Assembly (NCBI GenBank): GCA_964411375.1
Contig: CAYPKR010000002.1
Coordinates: forward strand, 129,960 to 193,959
Reading direction: 5' to 3'
Source: an uncultured Candidatus Saccharibacteria bacterium
GTDB lineage: Bacteria > Patescibacteriota > Minisyncoccia > Phycocordibacterales > UBA12088
Length of the DNA stretch: 64,000 nt
The notes beneath the pieces are model-generated. The model saw only the letters and a list, made by a program, of their open reading frames with translations, was not told the origin of the DNA and ran no database searches. Both the position numbers and the translations under genes were made by a program. Of this stretch, positions 26,975-36,482 are shown piece by piece; positions within the stretch are counted from its first letter, which is position 1, and the number at the start of each line of letters is the position of its first letter.

Positions 26975-27652
26975 ATGCATCGACTCCGCGTCTTTGGAGA
27001 ACTGAAATATCTTGGAAACCTGATTGAGGGTTTTATTTTACTTGGAGCAAGCTTGGTCGCCAATTATTACGCCGCGATCTACGCCGCGGCGAGCGGATCA
27101 GGCTACGTTGAAGATATTGTCTTGAGTAATACGCGCGTCTACGACGTCGACGGACTTTTTACCTACGGAGCAGTATTCATGGGACTTTTTATTGTGATCG
27201 TATGCATTTGGCATGTTCGCTCAGCACCATTTGTTCTGAAAACAATCGCGCTCTTCGTCTTCATCCGTTCATTTGCAGTTTCCCTCACCCACATCAGTCC
27301 GTACCCGCTCCATATGACAATCCATTCGACCTTTTTTAATAATGCCTATTTCAACGGAATCTTTGGCGGTGATGACTTATTCTTCTCCGGACACACTGGA
27401 CTTCCCTTCCTGCTCGCGCTCGTATTTTGGGATTTCATTTGGCTTCGAATTACCTTCCTCAGCTTATCGGTTATTTTTGCCGGCGTTGTACTTCTTGGTC
27501 ACATCCACTATTCGATCGACGTATTCTCCGCATTTTTCATCACTTACGGTATCTTTCATCTGGCACTCCGTTTCTTCGGAAAGGATTGGCAAGCATTTGA
27601 AAAAAGTACTCCGCAAGGTGATATGAAATATGTCGGAGAAAAAATCGCGTAA
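26975..27652 (+). CDS. PAP2_C / sphingomyelin-synthase-like phosphotransferase (membrane)
   Basis: FFSGHTGLPFLLAL (SGHT motif) and LLGHIHYSIDVFSAF (HY.IDV motif) in a 6-TM protein. The start is at Met 26975, or 26921 as an alternative. Confidence 0.55.
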   Translation: MHRLRVFGELKYLGNLIEGFILLGASLVANYYAAIYAAASGSGYVEDIVLSNTRVYDVDGLFTYGAVFMGLFIVIVCIWHVRSAPFVLKTIALFVFIRSFAVSLTHISPYPLHMTIHSTFFNNAYFNGIFGGDDLFFSGHTGLPFLLALVFWDFIWLRITFLSLSVIFAGVVLLGHIHYSIDVFSAFFITYGIFHLALRFFGKDWQAFEKSTPQGDMKYVGEKIA

Positions 27653-27663
27653 TACAAAATGCC

Positions 27664-29313
27664 ATGCACAAAGATGAAATCCAAAAAATAATCAAAGGCG
27701 AAGTTGTAAATGATACTGAGTCGCTTCGAAAATACAGCCGCGACACGAGTTTATTTGAAAAAACACCGGAGGTAGTTGTCTTTCCAAAAGATGCCGATGA
27801 CGTCTCTCTGGTTGTGAAATATGTCGCAGAAAAAAAAGCAAGTGGTGACAATATCTCGCTTGCTGCACGCTCTGCCGGAACCGACATGACGGGCGGTTCG
27901 CTCACTTCCTCAGTTTCATTGGTCTTCACCAAGTTCATGAATCATATCGTGTCGCTGAATCCCCATGAACTTATAACTGAGCCAGGCGTGTATTATCGTG
28001 ATTTCGAAAAGGAATCACTTGCACGAGCCGAAGGAGCAATCATTCCAAGTTACCCCGCATCAAAATCACTGTGTGCGATCGGCGGAATGGTTTCAAACAA
28101 TTCTGGCGGCGAACTCACGCTCACCTATGGTCAAACGGAGCGGTATGTTGAATCGTTAAAACTCGTACTTTCAGATGGAAGCCAAATAACCGTTGGTCCG
28201 CTCACTGAAGGCGAGCTTTCTTCCAAAAAAGCGCAAAACGATTTTGAAGGAAAAATCTATCGAGACATGGATGCGCTCATCAAAAATAATCTTGATGAAA
28301 TTGTTACCTCAAAACCGAAGACATCAAAAAATTCCGCCGGCTATTATTTGTGGAATGTTATTGATCAAGAAAAGAAAACATTCAATCTCGCAAAACTTAT
28401 TGTCGGCTCCCAAGGAACGCTCGGGGTCGTAACCGAAGCGACAATTCGATTGGTGAAGCCAAAGACGGAGCGATCGATGCTCGTAGTTTTCCTCAAAGAT
28501 TTGAACGGACTTCCTGAAATTGTTGATCGAGTTCTCCGCTCGAAACCAGAATCATTTGAATCCTACGACGATCATACATTCAAACTCGCGCTCCGTTTCT
28601 TGCCGCAAATTCTTGGACACCTCGGACTATTCCCTGCAATCAAACTTGGATTTTCATTCCTTCCAGAGTTAGGAATGCTGCTTCGGGGTGGCGTACCAAG
28701 ACTTGTCTTGATGGCTGAATTTGCCGAAGACACGAAGGAGGAAGCGATTCGGAAAGCAAATGAAGCAAATAATTCCTTGGAGGATTTAGGTCTTGAAACG
28801 CGCGTTACGACAACTCCAGAACAAGGAGAAAAATACTGGATCATTCGCCGCGAAAGCTTCAGCCTGCTTCGCAAAAATCTCCGCGGATACTACGCATCGC
28901 CCTTTATCGACGACTTTGTCGTTGATCCCCATACCTATCCGACATTCCTTCCCGAACTCAATGCGCTTCTTAAGAAATACAATTTGATATACACGATCGC
29001 GGGCCATATCGGGAACGGCAATTTCCACATCATTCCGCTTATGAATCTCTCCGATCCGAAATCAAAAGAAATCATTTTGGAACTTGGTCCAAAAGTCTAC
29101 GAACTGGTTACGAAATACAAAGGATCGATTACGGGAGAACACAACGACGGCATTATCCGCACGCCGTACCTCCCGATGATGTTTAGCGAAAAAATGATCG
29201 CGCTCTTTGCGGAAACAAAGCGCATCTTTGACCCAGAAAATATTTTGAACCCAGGCAAAAAAGTTGGTGGAAACGAGGGAGAGATTTCGACCTACATGAT
29301 CAAAGAGATGTAG
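27664..29313 (+). CDS. FAD-linked oxidase (GlcD / D-lactate dehydrogenase family)
   Basis: 549 aa. FAD_binding_4-type N-terminal domain (..GAGTDMTGGS..) and an FAD-oxidase C-terminal domain ending in ..GEHNDGIIRTPYL. Confidence 0.8.
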   Translation: MHKDEIQKIIKGEVVNDTESLRKYSRDTSLFEKTPEVVVFPKDADDVSLVVKYVAEKKASGDNISLAARSAGTDMTGGSLTSSVSLVFTKFMNHIVSLNPHELITEPGVYYRDFEKESLARAEGAIIPSYPASKSLCAIGGMVSNNSGGELTLTYGQTERYVESLKLVLSDGSQITVGPLTEGELSSKKAQNDFEGKIYRDMDALIKNNLDEIVTSKPKTSKNSAGYYLWNVIDQEKKTFNLAKLIVGSQGTLGVVTEATIRLVKPKTERSMLVVFLKDLNGLPEIVDRVLRSKPESFESYDDHTFKLALRFLPQILGHLGLFPAIKLGFSFLPELGMLLRGGVPRLVLMAEFAEDTKEEAIRKANEANNSLEDLGLETRVTTTPEQGEKYWIIRRESFSLLRKNLRGYYASPFIDDFVVDPHTYPTFLPELNALLKKYNLIYTIAGHIGNGNFHIIPLMNLSDPKSKEIILELGPKVYELVTKYKGSITGEHNDGIIRTPYLPMMFSEKMIALFAETKRIFDPENILNPGKKVGGNEGEISTYMIKEM

Positions 29314-29979
29314 CTACCACTCGATTGGTTTCTCGCCATTCTCTTCAAGATACTTGTTTGCCTGACTAAAATGATGGTTGCCAAAAAATGCATTTCCCGC
29401 GAGTGGAGACGGATGTGCTGATGTCAGCACCAAATGTTTTTCAAAATCAATCACACTCCCCTTTTGCTTGGCGTAATTTCCCCACAGCATAAAAACCAAA
29501 TGTTCTCGTTCATCGTTTAACGCTTTGATCGCCGCGTTGGTAAATTCTTCCCATCCTTTTTTCTGATGTGAACCAGCCGCTCCAGCGCGCACGGTCAAAG
29601 TAGCGTTGAGAAGAAAAACACCTTGAGTCGCCCAACGAGTTAGGTCACCATCGTGAGAGACCGGATGTCCAAGATCGCTTTCGATTTCCTTAAAAATATT
29701 TTGGAGCGAGGGCGGATTTCGAACTCCTTCGTGAACGGCAAAACAAAGTCCGTTTGCCTGGCGCTCTCCGTGATATGGATCTTGTCCGAGAATCACAACT
29801 TTTACTTGATCAAAGGGCGTTAAATCAAATGCTCGGAAAATATCCTTGGGCGGCGGATATACCTTTGTTTTTTTATATTCTTCTTTTACGAAATCAGAAA
29901 GTTCTTTGAAATAGGGCTTTTCAAACTCTGCTTCGAGATGTTTCTTCCAGGATTCTTCAATTCGGACGGTCATAGGCAC
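29314..29979 (-). CDS. ung: Uracil-DNA glycosylase (family 1)
   Basis: VVILGQDPYHGERQANGLCFAV (water-activating loop), LLNATLTV, TSAHPSPLA. Confidence 0.9.
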   Translation of the reverse strand: MPMTVRIEESWKKHLEAEFEKPYFKELSDFVKEEYKKTKVYPPPKDIFRAFDLTPFDQVKVVILGQDPYHGERQANGLCFAVHEGVRNPPSLQNIFKEIESDLGHPVSHDGDLTRWATQGVFLLNATLTVRAGAAGSHQKKGWEEFTNAAIKALNDEREHLVFMLWGNYAKQKGSVIDFEKHLVLTSAHPSPLAGNAFFGNHHFSQANKYLEENGEKPIEW

Positions 29980-30024
29980 ATCCTAGCAAAAAAGTGAAAA
30001 ACGAGTATACTCCAGCCAGATCCT

Positions 30025-30471
30025 ATGAGGAGGACGATCGTGAGTGATGGATTCGAGATCCAGCTTCTGAAATGGTTTGTTGTCGCCATGGCGGCATGTG
30101 ACCTCATTCTTTTTATGATGTTGGCACAGTATGGAAAACGGCTGCGCAGATGGGATCTTCGAGGCAGAAGACGCCACGACCTTCTTGAAATCCACGTGCG
30201 TCTGACGAACGCCATCATGGTCGTCACGGTACTTGCAGTGGGCGCAATTGAAATATGTGTTCGGTTAAGCATCGGCCGGTACGAAATATCAGGACTGTTA
30301 TTTGGAATTCATCTTCTTTCTGCCCTCTTGTTTGCTTTTTTCTTCATTACCGCAAGGTTCTTCCGAAACGGAAAGAACTACCCAGAGATGCACCGAATAA
30401 TCGTCCGTGCATGTGTATGTTTTGGAGCGCTATCGGCTATAACCGGCGCGTATCCACTCTACACGCTATGA
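30025..30471 (+). CDS. Hypothetical membrane protein
   Basis: 148 aa, 4 hydrophobic helices. Followed by a strong intrinsic terminator. Confidence 0.4.
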   Translation: MRRTIVSDGFEIQLLKWFVVAMAACDLILFMMLAQYGKRLRRWDLRGRRRHDLLEIHVRLTNAIMVVTVLAVGAIEICVRLSIGRYEISGLLFGIHLLSALLFAFFFITARFFRNGKNYPEMHRIIVRACVCFGALSAITGAYPLYTL

Positions 30472-30476
30472 CTCTG

Positions 30477-30513
30477 TCCCGCCCGGCTCACATCCGGGCG
30501 GCTCGCTTTTTTT
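30477..30513 (+). terminator. Rho-independent terminator
   Basis: cccgcccggctcacatccgggcggctcgcttttttta. Confidence 0.7.
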
Positions 30514-30537
30514 ATACTTTAAAATTATGATAGTCTC

Positions 30538-31083
30538 ATGAACTACCCCGTTGAAACCATCAATTTTTGGCTCGCGATTGGCGTCATTGGAATCCAGATC
30601 AAAGTTATTTATTTGCTTGGTGCAATCGCATTTCGTAAAAAAAGTAGTTTTGCCGCATGGACGGTAAAAGTTGCTGGCGATAACGCACTGGGAATTGCAT
30701 TTCTCCTCGCACTCGGCTCCCTCGTTATTTCCCTTTTTTATTCTGAAGTGCTTGGCTTTGCGCCGTGCGGACTTTGTTGGCTTCAGCGCGTCACACTGTA
30801 TCCGCAGCTATTTTTGTTTGCAGCTGCGCTTTTCAAATCTGATGAAAAGATCGCCGACTATTCGATCATACTTTCGATTGTCGGACTCATCATTTCGCTC
30901 TACCAGCACTATCTTCAAGTTGGTGGTAGTGAGTTTCTCCCATGCGCAACAACGCTCCTTGCCGCAGACTGCTCAAAGAAAACCTTATTTGAATTTGGCT
31001 ATATCACCTTCCCTTTGATGGCAGCAAGCATTTGCGCCTACCTTATCGTTTTGATGATCACGCTCAAAATTCGAAATAAATAA
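30538..31083 (+). CDS. Disulfide bond formation protein B family (DsbB/BdbC-like)
   Basis: 181 aa, 4 TM. Cys pairs CGLC and LPCA..LLAADC are placed in the periplasmic loops as expected for DsbB-like proteins. Confidence 0.65.
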   Translation: MNYPVETINFWLAIGVIGIQIKVIYLLGAIAFRKKSSFAAWTVKVAGDNALGIAFLLALGSLVISLFYSEVLGFAPCGLCWLQRVTLYPQLFLFAAALFKSDEKIADYSIILSIVGLIISLYQHYLQVGGSEFLPCATTLLAADCSKKTLFEFGYITFPLMAASICAYLIVLMITLKIRNK

Positions 31084-31093
31084 ATTGGGGATT

Positions 31094-31714
31094 TTATTTA
31101 TTCTTTTTCCGTTCGCGTACGTAATGTACGAGTGGTGGAATAAATGAGACGATGATAATGACAAGGATAATTGGAAACAGAAATCGCTCTGCATCCGGAA
31201 CCTGTTTTCCTAATATGTATCCAAGATACGTGACTCCTCCGCCCCAAACAATCGCGCCGAGAACGTTGTAGGTAATAAAATCTCGATAGGGCATTTTTGC
31301 CGCGCCGGCAGCAATCGGAAGAAAAGTGCGGATGATAGGAAGAAATCTACCGAGCAAAATCGCTTGCTTTCCGTGCTTTTCAAAAAATGCTTCGGCTTTT
31401 TCCAAATGCGCTTTTTTAAAGATACGCGAATCGCTTTCTTTGAAGAGCTGACTCATATAGGTGCCGAAACCATATCCAATAATGTTGCCGAGAACTGCTG
31501 CCGAGATAATAAGTGGAATCAATATTCCTATTTGCAAAAATCCTTGTGAGGCAAGAAAGCCGGCAGTGAAAAGCAAACTATCTCCAGGGAAAAAGAATCC
31601 GAAAAAGAGTCCTGTTTCTGCGAACACAACAAAAAAGAGTCCGGAGTAGCCGGCGATATGAATGAGGTGCTCGGCATTGATGTGCGAGAGCGAATCGAAC
31701 AGGACTTCAATCAT
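31094..31714 (-). CDS. DedA-family membrane protein
   Basis: The ORF-track N-terminal extension is junk-like. The real start is MIEVLFDSL... at 31714, followed by DedA motifs (FFPGDSLLF, LGRFLPIIRTF). Confidence 0.7.
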   Translation of the reverse strand: MIEVLFDSLSHINAEHLIHIAGYSGLFFVVFAETGLFFGFFFPGDSLLFTAGFLASQGFLQIGILIPLIISAAVLGNIIGYGFGTYMSQLFKESDSRIFKKAHLEKAEAFFEKHGKQAILLGRFLPIIRTFLPIAAGAAKMPYRDFITYNVLGAIVWGGGVTYLGYILGKQVPDAERFLFPIILVIIIVSFIPPLVHYVRERKKNK

Positions 31715-31808
31715 AGTGGCAGTGTAGCATAGGCAAAACTGATTCGTATAAAAAGAGAAAGGGCCGTCAGTAAACTGACGGCCCTTGGTGCGCCGAAGCG
31801 CGGTAGAA

Positions 31809-32069
31809 CTAGTGAACAAGGCCTGCGTTGACACGATCGTTGCGGATCTTCCAGACCTTTTCCGGCTCGACGACCTGGCCCGTCTCGAGTCTCCATTTTC
31901 CTGGCTGACCGGGTGCAGGCGAAACCATGAAGGACTCGCCTGGTTGGGCGCCGTACAGAACGGCGTAGGGTGTGTACCCCTGGCGTTCTTGCCGTTCGTA
32001 CTGAGCCTGGAGCGCTCGCTCATGCCAGGTCATGAGCCAGCGAACAACTGCGTAGAACCATGTGACCAT
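31809..32069 (-). CDS. Hypothetical small protein (86 aa)
   Basis: Strong SD (AAGGGAGA) 7 nt upstream of the ATG, and protein-like composition. GC-rich, lying between the GT2 gene and dedA. Confidence 0.45.
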   Translation of the reverse strand: MVTWFYAVVRWLMTWHERALQAQYERQERQGYTPYAVLYGAQPGESFMVSPAPGQPGKWRLETGQVVEPEKVWKIRNDRVNAGLVH

Positions 32070-32127
32070 TACTGGTCTCCCTTAGAGAAGACGTCTGCCA
32101 AATATGATGGCATTTTTTGACATAATG

Positions 32128-33468
32128 TCAAGAGCTGACGGGGCGATCTTCGTAGACTACCCAAGCGGTTTTCTTCGCCGTGTTAGTACCTCCAGCATCC
32201 GCACGCGAACCTCCCCACTTCCCAACTAGATGTTGAGTGAGGAGAGCCCAGAAGCAGATAAACTGGAAGAGCAGCATTACGAACGGGAAGATCGGGAGTA
32301 CCCACAAACTTCTCGGATATTTCCAGAGATGTGGGAACTGTCGGACAATTGTGGTCAGAATCATACCGAATACAGCGAGTATAAGCGCTTGCCACAGCGG
32401 CGTGCCCCCGTGACCAAGTAAATACGTGAGCGGCCAGTGCACGGCAACAATATATACCGTAGAGAGCGTGACCAAAATGCTTGTCCAGTACACGAAGAAT
32501 GCGACCGGGAAACGGATAAGCCATGGCGACCGTATCGTAATCCCCTGAAAGGTCCGGCACCACCGCGCCCACATACCGCAGGTATCGACAAGATTGTCGG
32601 GTGCAGTGGTCGTAACACACGCGTCCCAAACAAGAACAGTCCGGTACCCTGCTTGGAGTACAAATCCAGTGATCCGCCGATCGTCGCCTGCAATAGCGGG
32701 TCGGCGCATCAGACCAAAGTAGCTGAACGAGTCATTGACGAGCTCATCCATACGATGCTCGACGAGCTTCGTACGGACTGCATACATTCGTCCCGGTAGG
32801 CACGCGACCTGACCGAAGAGACTGCATGCTGCCATTGATGAGTTGAGCCTGGCGTCTTCGAGCCAGAAGCTAATTTTCTGGATCCAGGTCTTCGGATCGT
32901 GTACGAGCTGCGAAGTTGTTGTCCCTCCAATACGAGGGTCGGAGAACGGCGCGAGAAGTTTGAGTACGACATCCTTATTTCTCGGAATGGTATCCGAGTC
33001 AAGAAAGATGAGCAGCTCCTCGAGCCTTCCGCGCTTGCGTGCTTCCCGAAGAAGCTCCCGCAAGTTCCATTTCTTGTGACGAGCATTCGTAACGAGAACG
33101 ACATTTGCGTATCTTTTCGCAATCTCGGTCTCGAGCGCCACTTTAGCTGGATTCTTATCGAAGCCATCGATGATGGCAATGAAGAAGTGCCGGGTTGTTC
33201 CGTATTCGAGTGACTCTTTTACCTTTCGGAGAGACTCCTCAAGGATTTTAAGATTCTCGTCGTAGATCGTGACAACAATCGTTACTGCCTTTTTATCCAG
33301 AGGGTATTTTTGAATCCACCCCCTACTCCACAAAAAGTAGAAAATACCCGCAAGAGCCATGAGAGGAAATTGTCGAGCCGAAACGAACATGACGTAGATC
33401 TCGAACACATACCATCGGCCTGTATGGATTGTGTCCAAGAGTTGAGACACGAAGTGGATCATTGCCAC
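32128..33468 (-). CDS. Processive family-2 glycosyltransferase (hyaluronan/chitin/cellulose-synthase-like)
   Basis: 446 aa. A GT-A domain with DSD is followed by GDDRRITGF (G(D/E)DR.LT-type motif), a WARW (Q..RW-like) motif and C-terminal TM helices. Confidence 0.75.
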   Translation of the reverse strand: MAMIHFVSQLLDTIHTGRWYVFEIYVMFVSARQFPLMALAGIFYFLWSRGWIQKYPLDKKAVTIVVTIYDENLKILEESLRKVKESLEYGTTRHFFIAIIDGFDKNPAKVALETEIAKRYANVVLVTNARHKKWNLRELLREARKRGRLEELLIFLDSDTIPRNKDVVLKLLAPFSDPRIGGTTTSQLVHDPKTWIQKISFWLEDARLNSSMAACSLFGQVACLPGRMYAVRTKLVEHRMDELVNDSFSYFGLMRRPAIAGDDRRITGFVLQAGYRTVLVWDACVTTTAPDNLVDTCGMWARWCRTFQGITIRSPWLIRFPVAFFVYWTSILVTLSTVYIVAVHWPLTYLLGHGGTPLWQALILAVFGMILTTIVRQFPHLWKYPRSLWVLPIFPFVMLLFQFICFWALLTQHLVGKWGGSRADAGGTNTAKKTAWVVYEDRPVSS

Positions 33469-33535
33469 TTTCTCCTTTTCTTAAGGGTTTAGCAGGCCGG
33501 AGGATCCGGCCTGCCGTCTTGGATTCCAAGAGGAC

Positions 33536-35035
33536 TTATTGTCCCCAGTAGCCTCCCCAGTTGAAGCGGAGACCGGTATTGATGCTTTCATCCCTACCGT
33601 TTGAATATCGGTCGGGACCATCGATGTACTGGGTAACCCTGCCGCCCACGAAGGCACAAGAATTGCCGAATGCTGCGAAACCGGGTTTACCGAGGCAGTA
33701 GGTCAATTCAACTCCCACTGCGCCGTCGTTGTCCCAATATCGCTCGGGATTCGTCGAGAGAGAGCCCTGGACGTAGAAGTCCAGACCCACGGTGTCAGTG
33801 TCGGTAAGCCACATGAGACTCATGTTGATCCCCTGCGAAAGACGCAAGAAACCAACCGTTTCCTTTTGCCCATACGGCTTTCCGGTGACACCACTTATTT
33901 CGTTATTCGACGTGTCGCCAAACGTTCCGCTGATGTTTCCGGAAATCGTCCACGGGTAGCTGAATGTTCCCCGCGGCATGCCGCTTGCACCGAAGGTTGC
34001 GATCTCCGCCACCGGCTCGGGTGTTTGAAGCCCGTACGATGCACGGAAATCGTCGATCAGTTTGCGGAACGCATCCCACTCATTTTCGGGAATGCCCCAG
34101 AAGATCGGCTTGTCGTTGGTTGCCTTTCCCGTTGGAACATTTTCGAAGAAGAAGTTGACGTTCGTGACATGCGTGAATCGAGTCTTGAGAGACTCGAGCA
34201 TGTCGCGGAACCAGTCGATCTTGTCAACGCCGCAGAGATTGGTCGTCGAGACTTCCGCCACCCAGATCGGGAGATCAGTAATCTTTACGATTGCATCATA
34301 TGCGGGACCAAATTCATCCGCGAAACTTTTCGGTTGCATGTGCGACGGATCGAGGCCGCACCGGTTGTAGGTCGAGATCGAGACCGATGTCACGAACTCG
34401 TCACCAGGATAGAGCGACTGAAAATCACTCGTTCCCTTGCCGCGTGCGCTTGATCGATTGTAGTTGAGGTCGACGCCGACGATTTTGCCGCTGGCAGACT
34501 CTCGAAGCAGCGTTACCATATGCTGCCATGCCGCGATGAAATCCTCCGGATGATTGCCCGGATAATACACGCCGCATGAATACCAATCGCCGTTGAACTC
34601 ATTACACGGACGAACAGTGATGTCTTGGTCCAGATCTTTGACCGCCTGGCCGAACGTGCGGAACGCATCGTCAAAGCCGCCGTCTTTGATTTTGGCGAGA
34701 ACACCATCCTCGACCGGAAATTTTATGACAACGATTTTTTTCGTCGCTGGATTGAACTTTCCGTACGGCAGTGCATTGACCGAGCCGGCGGTGTAGTACA
34801 CCACCACACAGTCATTGATGCCGAGCGGGTTCGCGATCGAGTAGTACTGCGCCGCACCTTGTGCAGACGCGAGGCAAAACTTGATGTCGCGTGTCGGTGC
34901 CGTTTGAGTAACTGCCGCTTGCGAAGCTGCCACATTCGGCAACGACGTGGTTGCTTGGGGAGAGATTTTCTCCGCTCCTGCACAAGCACTCACGAGGAGC
35001 ACCAGTGCTAGTCCTATTATTCTGTAAAGGTGCAT
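33536..35035 (-). CDS. GH26-like glycoside hydrolase lipoprotein with an extra Gly/aromatic-rich C-terminal domain
   Basis: Lipobox LLVSAC. RPCNEFNG (R...E.N acid/base context) and WVAEVST (nucleophile Glu context). A C-terminal segment of about 190 aa ends in ...FNWGGYWGQ. A perfect 10-bp-stem hairpin lies downstream (33488-33510). Confidence 0.55.
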   Translation of the reverse strand: MHLYRIIGLALVLLVSACAGAEKISPQATTSLPNVAASQAAVTQTAPTRDIKFCLASAQGAAQYYSIANPLGINDCVVVYYTAGSVNALPYGKFNPATKKIVVIKFPVEDGVLAKIKDGGFDDAFRTFGQAVKDLDQDITVRPCNEFNGDWYSCGVYYPGNHPEDFIAAWQHMVTLLRESASGKIVGVDLNYNRSSARGKGTSDFQSLYPGDEFVTSVSISTYNRCGLDPSHMQPKSFADEFGPAYDAIVKITDLPIWVAEVSTTNLCGVDKIDWFRDMLESLKTRFTHVTNVNFFFENVPTGKATNDKPIFWGIPENEWDAFRKLIDDFRASYGLQTPEPVAEIATFGASGMPRGTFSYPWTISGNISGTFGDTSNNEISGVTGKPYGQKETVGFLRLSQGINMSLMWLTDTDTVGLDFYVQGSLSTNPERYWDNDGAVGVELTYCLGKPGFAAFGNSCAFVGGRVTQYIDGPDRYSNGRDESINTGLRFNWGGYWGQ

Positions 35036-35194
35036 TGTCTTCTCCCGAGGCCAAAGGCCCAGCTGGGGTGAAAACGAAAAGGCCTGGAGACTCCAGTCCT
35101 TTGCCTTTCAGAATATCCCTTAAATTAAGAGTTTTGTCAAGATACAATATCGGTATTTTTTGTTGTGAAATATGGCAATTTTGGCCTCTGTCTC

Positions 35195-35228
35195 GAAAAG
35201 AAATAGAGCGTCTGGGGGACGCTCTATA
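35195..35228 (-). terminator. Intrinsic terminator downstream of the second GH26-like gene
   Basis: 9-bp stem TAGAGCGTC/GACGCTCTA with loop TGGGG, followed on the minus strand by TTTCTTTTCG. Confidence 0.6.
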
Positions 35229-35267
35229 GAGTATGATTGAATTGACTGCCTTTTCTTTATGAGACCC

Positions 35268-36377
35268 TTACTCGCATTTTACAAGGATGTTTTTGTTCGG
35301 GTCTTTATAAGTCGCGTTCAGTTCGGCGCGAAATTCGTTGTTGATTTTGCAGAACCCCGCTACCCGATCGCCGTAAATTCCCCAATCGATCGGCACATCA
35401 TTCGACGCTCCGCCGATTTTCACCTTTTCAAGAAAGATGGTGAGTTGATCGACTCTCGGGAATCGCTCCTCGATGTCCCGAAACATGCCCCGGAACCATT
35501 CGATCCGATCGATTGCGCACTTAGGAGGATCAGTGAGCGCACTCGTATTCGTCTCCCCTACCCCGATTGGAATTCGAGGATCAATCGAGGCAGCGACTGC
35601 CTCGTATGCGGCGCCAAACTGCGTTTCAAATGATGGTGCTGTAACATACCGTTCGGCCGTGCCGCAGCGATTATACGCATCAATCGTCACCCGATCGACG
35701 ATTGCGTTGCCCGGATAGAGCTCAGCAAAATCTTTTTCGATCGCTCCCTTCGGTCCATAACGATTGACCGAAAAATCGAATGCGGCCAGATCGCCTGCAG
35801 CCACTTTCAGAATATTCGCTACATGGAGCCATGCCGCGGTATAGTCCTTCGGATTGTTGCCGGGATAATATGCTTGCCACGGATATCCATTACCATTCGC
35901 CTCGTACATATGACGTATGGTGACGCCGCGGCCATCGTCGACAATCATTTTTCCAATAGCAGATAAATCTGCATCGAATCTGCCGCCAAGGATTTCTTTC
36001 AGAACTCCGGGGCATTTAATTTTGTCAACCGGCATCTCACCATGAGGTCCCGCACCGCAACCTTTCATTGGGAAGAATTTGAGCGCCAGGATGATGTTGG
36101 TTTGACGCGGATATGCGGTGAAATCTCCGGTCTCGATCTTCCCTACCGTTGGATACAAGAGCGCGTGCTCATAGGCGCCGAGAGGGAGCGCACGTTTGTA
36201 GAAATACTCCGCATCGCGGGGAGATGAAGTGCCGATACTGATCGGACGCGGCACTGTGGCACCTACATTTTTGGGATGTAGTGCAGGCACGCTGTCGAGT
36301 TTTGACCCAAGAGAGGGCAGACACGCTGTCAGAATTCCGAAAATACCTACGAAAAGCAGTTTTCTGGTAAGGTGCAT
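35268..36377 (-). CDS. GH26-like glycoside hydrolase lipoprotein (paralog of 33536..35035)
   Basis: Start MHLTRKLLFVGIFGILTAC (lipobox) with an AAAGGA SD. IRHMYEANGNGYPW and PIGVGETNTS motifs. Shares DWFR/EWFR and YPGN.P.D..AAW blocks with its paralog. Confidence 0.55.
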   Translation of the reverse strand: MHLTRKLLFVGIFGILTACLPSLGSKLDSVPALHPKNVGATVPRPISIGTSSPRDAEYFYKRALPLGAYEHALLYPTVGKIETGDFTAYPRQTNIILALKFFPMKGCGAGPHGEMPVDKIKCPGVLKEILGGRFDADLSAIGKMIVDDGRGVTIRHMYEANGNGYPWQAYYPGNNPKDYTAAWLHVANILKVAAGDLAAFDFSVNRYGPKGAIEKDFAELYPGNAIVDRVTIDAYNRCGTAERYVTAPSFETQFGAAYEAVAASIDPRIPIGVGETNTSALTDPPKCAIDRIEWFRGMFRDIEERFPRVDQLTIFLEKVKIGGASNDVPIDWGIYGDRVAGFCKINNEFRAELNATYKDPNKNILVKCE

Positions 36378-36482
36378 TTCATTCCTTTCTGGGCACAAAG
36401 CCCGAGAGGAGAAAAGCGGCATAAGCGCAGCTTTTATCTCAGCGAAATATCCCTTTAATTTTGTGCGTTGTCAATACTCCTA

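Noticed and set aside
31715-32023. 103-codon N-terminal extension of the DedA gene, and the overlapping plus-strand ORF 31785..32120
   Set aside because: The extension has junk-like composition (SRRARSSSRKRSGRS). DedA starts at MIEVLF. The plus-strand ORF is antisense to a better-supported small gene with a strong SD sequence.
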